Shown here: positions 48,201 through 56,845 of the stretch, piece by piece
Layout: each line of letters opens with the position of its first letter
Numbering within the stretch: the first letter of the stretch is position 1
Source: a virus
Taxonomy: Duplodnaviria > Caudoviricetes
Direction: 5' to 3' (one strand)
IMG/VR virus record: IMGVR_UViG_2675903060_000003
Coordinates: 1 to 64,000 of that record
DNA length: 64,000 bases
Position numbers and translations under genes: made by a program
The notes under the pieces: model-generated
The model's database searches: none
Told to the model about the DNA's origin: nothing
The model's input: the letters and a program-made list of their open reading frames with translations, nothing else

Positions 48201-48962
48201 CGACACGCTCGGAGCCGGAATCGACGCCGACCCGGTGACGACGCTCGGGGTGGCCGTGGCCGACGCCGGAGCCGACACCGACGGGGCAGGAACCGACGAC
48301 GTCGCGGCCACCACCGAAGGGGTGGCGGTCGCGTCCGTGCCGCCCCCGGACGGCAGGAAGACCGTGAACCCCAACCTGGACACGATCGCGCCGGACGCCA
48401 GATGGTTCTGGGCGCCCGTCGCTGCATTCGAACTAAGGATCTTGTACGCGGCCTCGGCATGCGTGAGCCACCCATGGTTCAGGTCCGCGCCAGCAGGCTC
48501 GGTGTACGTCGAAGGCGGGGCGAATGTCCGCGCGTTACCGTCGCCGTCCGCGCCAGCGAACCTGATCTCGATACCGCTGCTGCTGGATGGGGTGACGGTG
48601 GGCGTCTGGACGTTGTTGCCCGTCCCGGCGCTCACGCTCCCGTACACGCCGGGAAGGGCAGCCCCGGACACACAGATCAGGATCGCAACCGACGACGCCC
48701 CGGCATGCGCGACCGAGTACGTGGTCGGCTCCGACCCAGTCGCGGTTTTCACGAACGTCCGGCCACGCGTGTACGTCTGGCCGCTGTTCATGCTGGACGC
48801 GAGCGTCCACCCTGACGGGGTTGTGATGTCGGTGGCGTTGCCGCTGTCAGTGAAAACCGCCAGAACCAGCACATCGCCCGAGACCACGTCCGAGGGGCGG
48901 GCGATCGTGTAGCCGCCGTTCGCGTTGCTCGCCGTGCTGTGGGAGCGGTACGCAGCAACCAC
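45237..48962 (-). CDS. 1241-aa Ser/Thr/Pro/Ala repeat-rich fibre-like protein
   Basis: Two copies of a beta domain, ~26 x 22-aa repeats and one lectin-like domain; no signal peptide. Confidence 0.85.
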   Translation of the reverse strand: MVAAYRSHSTASNANGGYTIARPSDVVSGDVLVLAVFTDSGNATDITTPSGWTLASSMNSGQTYTRGRTFVKTATGSEPTTYSVAHAGASSVAILICVSGAALPGVYGSVSAGTGNNVQTPTVTPSSSSGIEIRFAGADGDGNARTFAPPSTYTEPAGADLNHGWLTHAEAAYKILSSNAATGAQNHLASGAIVSRLGFTVFLPSGGGTDATATPSVVAATSSVPAPSVSAPASATATPSVVTGSASIPAPSVSDGSAPASPPVLRGTVTSVAGRTTPLTATKPTGVVSGDLLVAHHSADVGTLDDMGTPTGGATWQVLRTYTAGENALQVVIYWKIAGGSEPTSWDFSQDASADGTVIIAAYSGASTSTPTVQETSGSGTSIGTPGITPPAANSVELRFATGVPTAPGSVSWTAPGGLSEQADLQSTTYVTSTLATRTLSSSTPTSTANFTPSASLVFAAGHTIGIAGATPSSQDATATPSVVAGTASVPAPSTGAGSTVSPGVVSASASVPAPTAGAGATAAPGVVAATTSVPSATISTGSTLTPGVAPATATVPAPTTSAGSTASPTVATASVSVPSVTVTTGSTASPAIVPASAAVPAPSASTSSTVSPAVVQAQSSVPAPSVTAGVTASPSVVQATASVPEASVLAEVVASPSIVTASTTVPAPTAGAGATAAPSVVQATSSVPAPAVGAVTAATPAPVTATSSVDTPDVSASSTATTDVVEATASVPAPTSTAGATASPGVVSATTTIPTPQAGAGSSAAPAAVESTADIPEPATSAGATASPDTVQASASVPAPDVSGGIVPASELRDTFTGTTLDTALWTATNNAGVTGSQNDVYQFEISGSAVAFSQIASAGTYDLTGSAFAVELVDAGSQATGLEVYAIVEADAINRLFFVIAGGFVGIYKVVSGSQSSLAFHSYSPADHRWLRIREDAGTTYWEASPDGSSWAELHSEATPITVTSTRLILQAGAWQAVGADTTVVWDNVGGLLVSDATASPTTVPATATIPAPTASAGATATPGAVAASASIPEPDVSAGTTASAPVVASEASVGVPEVSASSTASPEVVGASTAIPGPTAATGATATPDTVQADANIPAPTVEAGGNATATPQTVNAAAAIPGPSTGTSITAQPAIVLATAAVPTPTTTILVAATPAAVQAYATIPAALLSTTARPPAVAAVASIPTPSVSTGDLPQEIDITIGPPTHRQWSATAPARGWRTSDPVPRRWSATAPIRR

Positions 48963-49024
48963 ACCGACCCCCGGACATGCGAAAGCCGCCCGGAGGCGGC
49001 GACGTCAGGCGGCGTTTGCGCTGG

Positions 49025-49477
49025 TCAGGCGGCCAAGGTCAGGGCGAAGATCCCGCTCGCGGACCAGGAAATTACGAGGCTCCCGTTGGACGTGGAGTAG
49101 TCGCTTCCCAGGTTGACCAACACTATGGCGTTGTTGCCCGCCAGAGCGTCCGCGTAGATGAGCGCGCCCTTCGCCCCCGTGATGGTCGAAGACGACCAGG
49201 TCACATCGGAGGCGTCGAACGTCGCCACGCCACCCGACCCGGTGAACGTCGTACCCGTCAGCAGCGCGCCGCCGGACGTGTACCCGGTGCCGGACACCTC
49301 GTTGGCGTTGTACGGGGAGACGCCATAGGCGGTGTCCGTGGTGAAGTTCGGCGTGGTGAGACTGTTCGTGAAGAGGGCGACCTTGTGCGTTTCCAGGTCG
49401 AGGTCGAGGGCGAGTTGAGTGGTATCCAGCACGTCAACGAACGTGCTGACGTACAGGCCCGATGCGGAGATGGCCAC
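49025..49477 (-). CDS. Structural protein, paralogue of 21664-22131
   Basis: HKVALF, NEVSGTGYTSGG, FDASDVTW. Confidence 0.85.
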   Translation of the reverse strand: MAISASGLYVSTFVDVLDTTQLALDLDLETHKVALFTNSLTTPNFTTDTAYGVSPYNANEVSGTGYTSGGALLTGTTFTGSGGVATFDASDVTWSSSTITGAKGALIYADALAGNNAIVLVNLGSDYSTSNGSLVISWSASGIFALTLAA

Positions 49478-49479
49478 GG

Positions 49480-49773
49480 TTACGCCCCCTCAACCTTCGA
49501 AGTGACGTCCGCCTTCACGGTGTCGGACGGGGACGGGTCGGGGCTGCCGGGCTCCACGTAGGCGTCGCCGCCCACCGACACGCCGTCGGAGCGGGTGTTC
49601 TGCCGGTGCTCGCGCAGCGCCTCAGCGGCGGCCTGCTTGCGGTCCTTCGCCTCGTCGGAGGAGTCGGCAGCGTAGGCGTCCTTCGCTGCCTGGAGTTCGT
49701 CGAGAAGCCGCTTCTCGACCTCGGTGGCTTCGATCTGGCTGCGGAGTGAGGCCAGCCGGTCGTCAACCGACAT
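49480..49773 (-). CDS. Small coiled-coil protein
   Basis: GGAGG RBS. Confidence 0.7.
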   Translation of the reverse strand: MSVDDRLASLRSQIEATEVEKRLLDELQAAKDAYAADSSDEAKDRKQAAAEALREHRQNTRSDGVSVGGDAYVEPGSPDPSPSDTVKADVTSKVEGA

Positions 49774-50053
49774 CGCCCACCTCCTTCTTCTGTGGTGAGC
49801 GTTGGATGACGGCGTGCACGGTTTCGGGGCTTTTGATGTGGACGGACTGCTGGTCGCGGCCGTGCTGGACGACCCGGTTGCCGAGTTGGTCGGTGACGTC
49901 CTTCACCCGGCGTCCGTCCTTGCCGACGTACTCGCGGGCCTGGTCGTGGGTGGCGTGCGTCCATCCGCCGGCGCGGACCTGGAGACCCTTGGAGCGCAGC
50001 CACGCCCCGTAGGAGCCGTGGCGGTCGGGGTCGTACTCCTCCCGCATCACCAC
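49763..50053 (-). CDS. Small protein, paralogue of 22145-22396
   Basis: DQAREY...KDVTDQLGNRV...SVHI. Confidence 0.75.
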   Translation of the reverse strand: MVMREEYDPDRHGSYGAWLRSKGLQVRAGGWTHATHDQAREYVGKDGRRVKDVTDQLGNRVVQHGRDQQSVHIKSPETVHAVIQRSPQKKEVGDVG

Positions 50054-50104
50054 CCCCTGACGTGCGAGAAGCCCGCACGATGGCGGGCTCAGGTGGTCGG
50101 ACGG

Positions 50105-50350
50105 TCAGGTGATGCGGTGGTCGAGCTGGAACCCGTCAGCGGCGAGCAGAGCCTTGACGTCAGCCATCGGCAGCGCGTCGAGCCGCGTCCAGCACGGGCA
50201 CAGGCTGGCGGCGGAGCACATCTCACCGCAGTCTCCGCAGCGCCAAGGCGGGCAGTCGCCGCAGCGCCCGGACGGGAACAGGTCTGTCGGGTCCCCGGTC
50301 GGTTCCGGCTTGGTCGCGCCACAGCCCTTACAGGCGAGGATCGGGGCCAC
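50105..50350 (-). CDS. Cys-rich Zn-finger-like protein
   Basis: Multiple CxxC. Confidence 0.6.
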   Translation of the reverse strand: MAPILACKGCGATKPEPTGDPTDLFPSGRCGDCPPWRCGDCGEMCSAASLCPCWTRLDALPMADVKALLAADGFQLDHRIT

Positions 50351-50410
50351 GTCACCCCCCGCACGCGGGAAGCCCACACAAAGGCGGGCACAGGTCGGCG
50401 GGCGGGCGGG

Positions 50411-50593
50411 TCAGTGGCGGCGGAACGGGTCCAACACAGCCATCACGAGCAGGTAGGCGACGAGGACGACGGGCAGGAACGCCTTCCACCCGTACGCCGC
50501 ACAGAAGGCGACCGCGAAGATGGGCGGGAACACGATCAACGCTGAGGTGATCCAGCTACGCATGCTCGTACCGCTGGTGGAGTCATCGGGCAT
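50411..50593 (-). CDS. Small 2-TM protein
   Basis: Hydrophobic; RBS. Confidence 0.6.
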   Translation of the reverse strand: MPDDSTSGTSMRSWITSALIVFPPIFAVAFCAAYGWKAFLPVVLVAYLLVMAVLDPFRRH

Positions 50594-51140
50594 CGGCTTC
50601 CTCCGGGGTGAGGAGCCGGGCGGGCTCGACCTTCTCCGCCTCGTCGGCCAGCTCGATCAATCGGGCGGCGATCCTGCGTGCTTTCGCCGGGGTGTAGTCC
50701 CACTCGTGGAGTCTGCCGCAGCAGCCGCACCTGCCCGGCATGAGGACCGCGCCCCGGTAGCGGTCGGGCCACTCCCCTTCGCGGAGGTGGGCGTCCCAGT
50801 CGTCGTCAAGGGTGAGCTCTTCGCCCTCGTCGCTTCGTGGCGTGACGGCTTGGTTCAGCAGCTTCTCCGCGTCGCCTGCCTGCGGCGGGCGGGAGACGAG
50901 CCTCGCGTAGGCGAACTCCGCGTCGCCGCCATAGGCAGAGCAGCGGTGGTGCCAGTCCACGACCTCGTAGACGACGTTGCCGAGCACCGTGATCCGGTCG
51001 CCCTCGACCTTCGCAACGTCCAGCCCGGCCGCGTTCAGCCAGTCGCGAGGGAAGGCCGTGTAGGGGGCGGCGTAGGTGACCGTGGGCAGCCCGTACTCAG
51101 GCCACTCGATCGTCACGCCGTCGTGGTTGCAGAACTCCAC
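50583..51140 (-). CDS. Hypothetical protein
   Basis: GGAG RBS + GTG; ends TPAKARRIAARLIELADEAE. Confidence 0.6.
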   Translation of the reverse strand: MEFCNHDGVTIEWPEYGLPTVTYAAPYTAFPRDWLNAAGLDVAKVEGDRITVLGNVVYEVVDWHHRCSAYGGDAEFAYARLVSRPPQAGDAEKLLNQAVTPRSDEGEELTLDDDWDAHLREGEWPDRYRGAVLMPGRCGCCGRLHEWDYTPAKARRIAARLIELADEAEKVEPARLLTPEEADAR

Positions 51141-51217
51141 GCGATCTCCAGTGGGGTTGAGGGGTTGGTGCGCGCGAGGCCCCGCACTATGAAGGGCCTG
51201 CAAGGTTGAGCGGGCAG

Positions 51218-51460
51218 CTACGAGCCGGAACGGATGCGTGGCACGCGGCGGTAGTCCTCGCCCTCGACGGGCTCCACCTCGTGGGCCTGGAACCAGGACG
51301 TGTACGGCTTCTCTAGGTGGGCGCGGTAACCGCCAGGGACGTCCATGACGTACTGGACTTGCGCTTCCCAGGACCGGTCCGACTTCTGCCTCCACGCGAT
51401 CAGATACCCCGCTTTCGCGGGATGACCTGGAAGTTTCACCACCGGAGGCTCGCCTTGCAT
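51218..51460 (-). CDS. Small beta protein, probably leaderless and SOS-regulated
   Basis: TAGGGT 6 nt before the ATG; SOS-box-like site upstream. Confidence 0.65.
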   Translation of the reverse strand: MQGEPPVVKLPGHPAKAGYLIAWRQKSDRSWEAQVQYVMDVPGGYRAHLEKPYTSWFQAHEVEPVEGEDYRRVPRIRSGS

Positions 51461-51481
51461 GAGGCGACCCTACCCGGCAGG

Positions 51482-51497
51482 TCGAACTCCTATTCGA
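51482..51497. promoter_or_regulatory. Actinobacterial LexA (SOS) box candidate
   Basis: TCGAAC-TCCT-ATTCGA, one mismatch to TCGAAC-N4-GTTCGA. Confidence 0.6.
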
Positions 51498-51602
51498 GCC
51501 AGATGATCCCGCCCGAGCAGGACACGACCACGTTGTCCGGGAGGTCCAGCCAGATCACGTTCGACGGCGAGACGACAGTCTCAGACAAGGCAACCTCCAA
51601 GG

Positions 51603-51893
51603 TCAGAAGTCATGGGCGCAGCACGGGCAGAACTCCACCTGCCGTACGTCCGTCACAGGCACGAGAGCAGGCGTCCCGTAGTCGGTACCGTCCGGCCCGT
51701 CCAATTCGGCTTCGGCCATTCGCCGGCGCTCGGAGTTGTAGGCGGCGAGGAGATCGGAGGGCGTCGCGAAAGCGTGGCCGCACTCCAGGCACACCTTGAA
51801 CACGCCCTCGCGGGGCTCGTCAACGTCGTGCGCGCCGCAGTGCGTCTGCTCGCAGGAGGAGGACGGGGCGTGGACGGCGAGGTTCACGACCAC
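51603..51893 (-). CDS. Zn-finger-like protein
   Basis: CLECGH, FCPCCAHDF. Confidence 0.6.
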   Translation of the reverse strand: MVVNLAVHAPSSSCEQTHCGAHDVDEPREGVFKVCLECGHAFATPSDLLAAYNSERRRMAEAELDGPDGTDYGTPALVPVTDVRQVEFCPCCAHDF

Positions 51894-51954
51894 CTCCGAG
51901 CGAGAGTTGATCCGGGCGGGCGGCGGCGTGCAGACAGACCACCCGCCCGGAGGT

Positions 51955-52728
51955 CTACAGATCAGCGACGAGAGCCAGCCGTGGCCGCTTCGGGATCATC
52001 GTCTTGCCGGGCGTCGGCCAGTGGTCGGCGTCCACCCCGCAGTACGGCTCTGTCCAGCGCCGGTACGCCTTCTCGCAGTGCAGGGCGTAAATCTTGGCCC
52101 AGTCGGCGGCGAAGTAGCGAGGCAGCAGCCCGCCCGTGTTCGGGATCGGCTCTGGCGGTTCGCCTCGCGCGGCCAACTGCTGTTTGACCTCGCGGGCGCG
52201 GGCGGCGTGGCGGCGGCAGAACCAGTGGTTGGTGTGCCAGCCGGTCACCATGTCGCGTTCCTTCACGCGGATGGTGGCGGTGGCTCCACAGATGGTGCCG
52301 CCCTCGGTGTGGTCGTGAGCATGCCCGCCAGCGCCGTACACCTCGGGGAAGCGGCACGGGCCGATGTGCGGGTGGTCCAGGTAGCAGCCGGACGGCGGGC
52401 GCTCGCGCGGCTTGTACGGGCGGACCCTTGGCCCCTCGCACGAGCCGTTGCCCAGCGACCAGTCGGAGCGGTTCTCGTATCGGGGAGCGTCAGCCGCGAT
52501 CAGTTCCGAGAGGCGAGGGCGACCCATCCGGTCGCCGCCGAGTGAGCGGCGGACCAGCGTCCAGAACTTGACCTCGGGGTGGGCGACCGGGCCGCGTTCC
52601 AACGCCCACGCCATCGCCAGAGCGACTTCGCGGGTGCCGGGCGGCATCCGGTCGTCGGCGTAGACGCGGCAGACCAGGTCATCGAACTTCATGAGCCGGT
52701 CGAGTTCTTCGGCACTGCGCTCGTTCAT
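51955..52728 (-). CDS. Hypothetical Cys/His-containing protein
   Basis: ATGA overlap with the antirepressor; WFCRRH. Confidence 0.7.
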   Translation of the reverse strand: MNERSAEELDRLMKFDDLVCRVYADDRMPPGTREVALAMAWALERGPVAHPEVKFWTLVRRSLGGDRMGRPRLSELIAADAPRYENRSDWSLGNGSCEGPRVRPYKPRERPPSGCYLDHPHIGPCRFPEVYGAGGHAHDHTEGGTICGATATIRVKERDMVTGWHTNHWFCRRHAARAREVKQQLAARGEPPEPIPNTGGLLPRYFAADWAKIYALHCEKAYRRWTEPYCGVDADHWPTPGKTMIPKRPRLALVADL

Positions 52729-53651
52729 GCCGCGCCGCCCATCGCCTTGCGCAGCGAGCCGAAGTCGTTGAGCCGCTTGACCGCCCGGTCCCACGCCCAT
52801 CCTTCACCAGCAGGGGTGAGGCGGGAGGAGGTGGACACCTGCTCGCCTCGCGTCCTCGTGTCGTACCGGGTCGTCTTCGTCCGGACGTAGTCCCGTTCGG
52901 TGGCGAAAGAGGTCGGCTGGTTCTTGCGGATCGTGTTACCCCGGATGATCAGGCCGATGTCGCCGAGGAAGTCCCACACGTCCTCGTGCAGGATGCGGAC
53001 GCCGCAGTTCTGGAGCGCCCACGCCTTCAGCTTGTTGGCGAAGTCGCCGATGGCCATGCAGCCGTCCGCTGCCCGGTGGTGGTCGGCTTCGGCGGCCTTC
53101 GGCTCAAGGACCGCGATCTCTTCCTCGGCTGCCTGCCTGCCCGCTGCCTCGATCGCGGCGCGCTGCTCGGCAGCCTCGCGGGCTTCGATCTCCGCCGCCC
53201 ACTTGCGAAGCGTCTCGGGGTGGGAGGGGATCGCCGTGACCGGGGACGGCGCGGGGGCGTACCCGCCCGTACGGCGGATGGAAGGGATGACGTCGTGGAA
53301 CACCCAGCGCTGGAAGCGGACGACCTGCTTCTGAACGTCCTCGTTCTTGATCCGCGCGGTCTGCCGTTGCCCCAGAACGCGGTAGAAGCCCGGCTCGGTG
53401 ACGTGCCACATCTGCTGCTCGCCGCCAAGGGTGGGAGCTATCTCCCACCCCTTCTCGTCATCCGGAACGGTACGGAGCATGTCCCGTGCGGAGTGGAAGG
53501 ACAGCGAGCGGGCCAGGCCCGGCGCTTGGACGCGGAAGCTATCTCCGACGCGAGTGATCTCCAGGTTGAACTCTCCGTTGTCGAAGATCTGGAGGTCGGA
53601 ACCCGGCCCCTGATTCTCGTCGCGGGAGTCCGAGGAAGTACGGTTGTCCAT
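52725..53651 (-). CDS. Phage antirepressor (BRO-N + KilAC-like)
   Basis: TLGGEQQMWHVTEPGFY, FQRWVFHDVIPSIRRTGGY, LEPKA, LTPAG. Confidence 0.9.
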   Translation of the reverse strand: MDNRTSSDSRDENQGPGSDLQIFDNGEFNLEITRVGDSFRVQAPGLARSLSFHSARDMLRTVPDDEKGWEIAPTLGGEQQMWHVTEPGFYRVLGQRQTARIKNEDVQKQVVRFQRWVFHDVIPSIRRTGGYAPAPSPVTAIPSHPETLRKWAAEIEAREAAEQRAAIEAAGRQAAEEEIAVLEPKAAEADHHRAADGCMAIGDFANKLKAWALQNCGVRILHEDVWDFLGDIGLIIRGNTIRKNQPTSFATERDYVRTKTTRYDTRTRGEQVSTSSRLTPAGEGWAWDRAVKRLNDFGSLRKAMGGAA

Positions 53652-53890
53652 GGTCGATCTCCTGGTGATGCAGGTGGATCGGCAAGCCTCGGACGGCCGT
53701 CGCAACACGACCGTTCGGGGCGCTCTCATTTCGAGATGAGAGCCCGAATTACTCTGAATTCTACTATTCGACCTGCACAAATGCCGGAATGAACGCATTT
53801 GCAGTGATCGAATTCGCAGGCGTTTTAGCAGGTCAGGCAGCGTGACGAACGCCACATCAATTGCGCCCGATTTAGGTTAGATATGTCCGT

Positions 53891-54967
53891 TTACTCGTCG
53901 CGCTTGTCGGCGCGGCGGCGGGCCATCTCCTGCACCACGAGAGGCGCGGCCTGGAACGCGATCTCGTACGTCTTGACCTCGGCTCGCGCCTCGTCCCTCT
54001 GTCGCACCACCCAAAGCAGCGCAGCCACAAGGACGACATCCCACAGCGTGGTCCAGGCGAGGCGCGGCCACTCCTCGGGAGCGGCCACCCGGTACAGCCA
54101 CGAGACGATCTCGACCGGCAGGAGCGTCTTCAACCATGCCGCCGCTTCGCTCTTGGCAGGGTCGGCGTACACCCGCCAGACACGGGAGAGGACGGTCACT
54201 AACGCCTCTTCGGGATGAGCCGGCGAACCGCGTCAGCCTCGTACACCACCACCGCGCCGGCGACTTCGGCCACGATCCGGGACCGCCCGGTATCGGCCAC
54301 TACCTGACGGTCGGGCTGCCAGCGCTGCATCCACGCCGCCACCTCGTGAAGGTGGGCGGCGGGCAGCGTGCTCACTCGCCAGCCCTCGGCTCGTGATCGA
54401 CGCTCCCGTACACGGTGTCGCGAGCCTCGCAGAGTGCGCCGATGAGCCGGTCGATACCCTCCCGATCCAAGGTCACCCCGTGGCCGAGGAACCGGAGCCC
54501 GTCGCTGGAAGGAGCATCGCGGTCGATCGTCGCCAAGGTCACGCGCCTCGTCGGCGCGGGGAACCAGAACATCTCGACTTGCTTCTGTCGTCCGGACGCG
54601 CAGTCGATGCGCTCGCTGGGCATCAGCTCTGCTCCTCTTCCGGTAGGAGCGCCTTGTCCACGAGAGCACGGGCGTCCTGCCAGCCTCGCTTATAGGCCAG
54701 CCCTGCGTCGTCGTCGGGCAGATGCTCGGGCTCGCGAGGGATCTCGATCACGCGGGAGACGATCGCCCGGAGACGGGCGATCTCCAGGCGGTAGCGGTCG
54801 ATCTCGACCCGCCACTCGTCCATCTGCCGGGCCTCGGACGGTGTGGCTGCTGCTTCGGTGGCGCACTTCTTGCACAGGCGGGGTCCGCCGCAGCGGGCGA
54901 CGAGAGTCGGGCGCGGCTGGTCGGTGTCGATGACGCCGTAGGCGTGGCCGTGGCTCGTGTACGGCAT
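53891..54967 (-). CDS. Run of four small coupled hypothetical genes (53891-54199, 54199-~54375, 54372-54623, 54623-54967)
   Basis: Stop/start overlaps. Confidence 0.55.
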
Positions 54968-55623
54968 CAGCGGCTCTCCGAAGACGCGAGATGATCCTGC
55001 GGGTCCCGGCACAGCGAGAAGCCGTCCGCCTCGGTGAACGACAGGCGCTCCACCGTCAACCAGCGTCCATGCAGCGACTGGGACGGGTCGATGCCCAACT
55101 GACTGCACACCAGGTCGTGCGGCACCGTGAAGTGGTCGGCGGTGCGATGGACGGGCGTCTCAAGGACGGTCTTGCCGTCCACCTCGTACCAGACCTTCAC
55201 GTCGATCCGGTCGAGTTCGGCGACGACGGACGCCGCCCACTCGTTCCGCTCGGCGAGGAAGTTCGCGCACTGCGCCTCGGACGCCGCCTTCACCTTGTCC
55301 AGGTCCCAGCCCTCGACGACCACCTTGTAGGGGCGGTCGCGGTCCTTCGGGTTGCGGTCAACCTGTACCTCGATGCGGTCTGGGTCGCCGAGGAAGTCGA
55401 GCTGGTCCACGCGGTGAACGGGCTCGCCGCTCCCGGCGTCCTTGCCGAACGTGCGCGTGATCGTGTGCCAGTCGCGCACCTCGGGCGGCGCGTCGAGCAG
55501 TTCGAACTCTTCGATGTCATGAGCGCGCCCGTACGCTTCGGCCGCCTCGCGGGTCCTGAAGACCTGCTGGATGCTGTACCAGTAATCGCCGCGATATCCG
55601 CTGGTCGCTACGTACACCTTCAT
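54967..55623 (-). CDS. Phage protein, paralogue of 55901-56383
   Basis: MKVYVATSG...IEEFEL...EVRDWHT. Confidence 0.7.
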   Translation of the reverse strand: MKVYVATSGYRGDYWYSIQQVFRTREAAEAYGRAHDIEEFELLDAPPEVRDWHTITRTFGKDAGSGEPVHRVDQLDFLGDPDRIEVQVDRNPKDRDRPYKVVVEGWDLDKVKAASEAQCANFLAERNEWAASVVAELDRIDVKVWYEVDGKTVLETPVHRTADHFTVPHDLVCSQLGIDPSQSLHGRWLTVERLSFTEADGFSLCRDPQDHLASSESR

Positions 55624-55901
55624 CAGTAGGTCCCCCACGTCACCGCAGGGACAGGCTCGTACGTCTCGGCGAACACGTCCGGCTTGCACGGGTAAAGCTC
55701 GCCCTTCACGCCCTTGATGATCCAGTCGCCCACGTTCGCGCGCATGTCGCCTTCGAGCGTGGTGATGATCAGCCAGTCCGGGTTCTTCTCGGTGGGGCCG
55801 TAGATGTTCTCGGCGCTGAACACGTCCCAGAGGTGGTTGATGTTGTCGCCTGTCCACTGGACGGCGGTGACCTCGACGGGCTTCTTCCTGTAGCGGCGCA
55901 T
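55623..55901 (-). CDS. Conserved phage protein
   Basis: YRKKPVEVTAVQW...TLEGDM...GDWIIKGVKGELYPCKPDVFAETYE. Confidence 0.85.
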   Translation of the reverse strand: MRRYRKKPVEVTAVQWTGDNINHLWDVFSAENIYGPTEKNPDWLIITTLEGDMRANVGDWIIKGVKGELYPCKPDVFAETYEPVPAVTWGTY

Positions 55902-56383
55902 CAGGCGTCCACCTCGCCGGGCGTCCACTCGCACTTCTGCGAGTCCCACACCATGCCGAGCGCCTTGTTGTTCAGCCACTCGGCGCGCAGCTCGCCGAAC
56001 ACCTTACGGACGTGCTCGATGTCCCACCCGCTGACCACGAGATCGCCATAGCATTCGCGGCCACGGTGACCGACCCACCGGTGTTCGACACGGTTGGGGT
56101 GGCCGTCGTAGTCGCGGCGCTCCGGCCGGTCATCCTCGGACGGGTTGGGGATCTTGTCGCCTTCGGGAGGACTCCACGAGAAGTGGACCACGTACTCAGG
56201 CTCCGGGCGGTCCGGCTGCCACCTCAGCGTGTGCCAGGACCGGACCTCCTGCGGCCCCTCCTTCAGCTCGAACTCTTCGACGTCGTCTGCGAGTTCGTAC
56301 GCTTCAGCGTCTTCCTCGCGGGCGAACACGCCACGGACGCGGTAGTCGGAGTACGAGCCGGACGTTGCCAGGTACACCTTCAT
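55901..56383 (-). CDS. Phage protein
   Basis: MKVYLATSGSYSDYRVRGVF. Confidence 0.75.
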   Translation of the reverse strand: MKVYLATSGSYSDYRVRGVFAREEDAEAYELADDVEEFELKEGPQEVRSWHTLRWQPDRPEPEYVVHFSWSPPEGDKIPNPSEDDRPERRDYDGHPNRVEHRWVGHRGRECYGDLVVSGWDIEHVRKVFGELRAEWLNNKALGMVWDSQKCEWTPGEVDA

Positions 56384-56605
56384 CGGGGTTCTCCAGGGGT
56401 TGGTAAGGGGTTTGTGGCGCGGCCCTGATCAACCCCTTGAAAACAGGGCCGCGCGTCTATGGGGGTCGCCCGGTCCCCGCTCCCTCGCATGTCACGGGAA
56501 CCGGGCAACCAGCGGCTCTACACGGCGGGCATCCTGGGGGATAGACCGTGGAGCCGGGCGCGTCACCAGCACCGGGACGCGCGCTCTTGGGGTTTCTAAC
56601 GGTGT

Positions 56606-56845
56606 CTAGGCCGCGGGCTTCAGTGCGGCGCGGAGCTCGTCCCGCTCCTCCGGAGACGGCGGGACCTTCTGCCCAATGTGGATCTGCCGGCCAATCGTGC
56701 AAAGGTCGAGCCAGTCGTAGTAGACGGTCTTGCCGACCTTCAGCAGCCGACGCCCCCGATATCGGGACGCCCAGCAGCGCACCAAGGGTTCCGGCTTGTC
56801 CAGTCGCTCCGCGGCCTCTGCGATGGTGATGGGCTCCCGCTGCAT
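56606..56845 (-). CDS. Small HTH DNA-binding protein
   Basis: ITIAEAAERLDKPEPLVRCWASR. Confidence 0.7.
   Translation of the reverse strand: MQREPITIAEAAERLDKPEPLVRCWASRYRGRRLLKVGKTVYYDWLDLCTIGRQIHIGQKVPPSPEERDELRAALKPAA

Noticed and set aside
45300-48350. CRISPR array or DNA tandem repeat
   Set aside because: Repeats are degenerate at DNA level and conserved as protein; no repeat-spacer pattern or cas genes
14360-48912. Many long plus-strand ORFs over the structural genes (e.g. 17217-18806, 29422-31206, 33720-35312)
   Set aside because: Antisense shadow ORFs typical of high-GC coding DNA; no motifs
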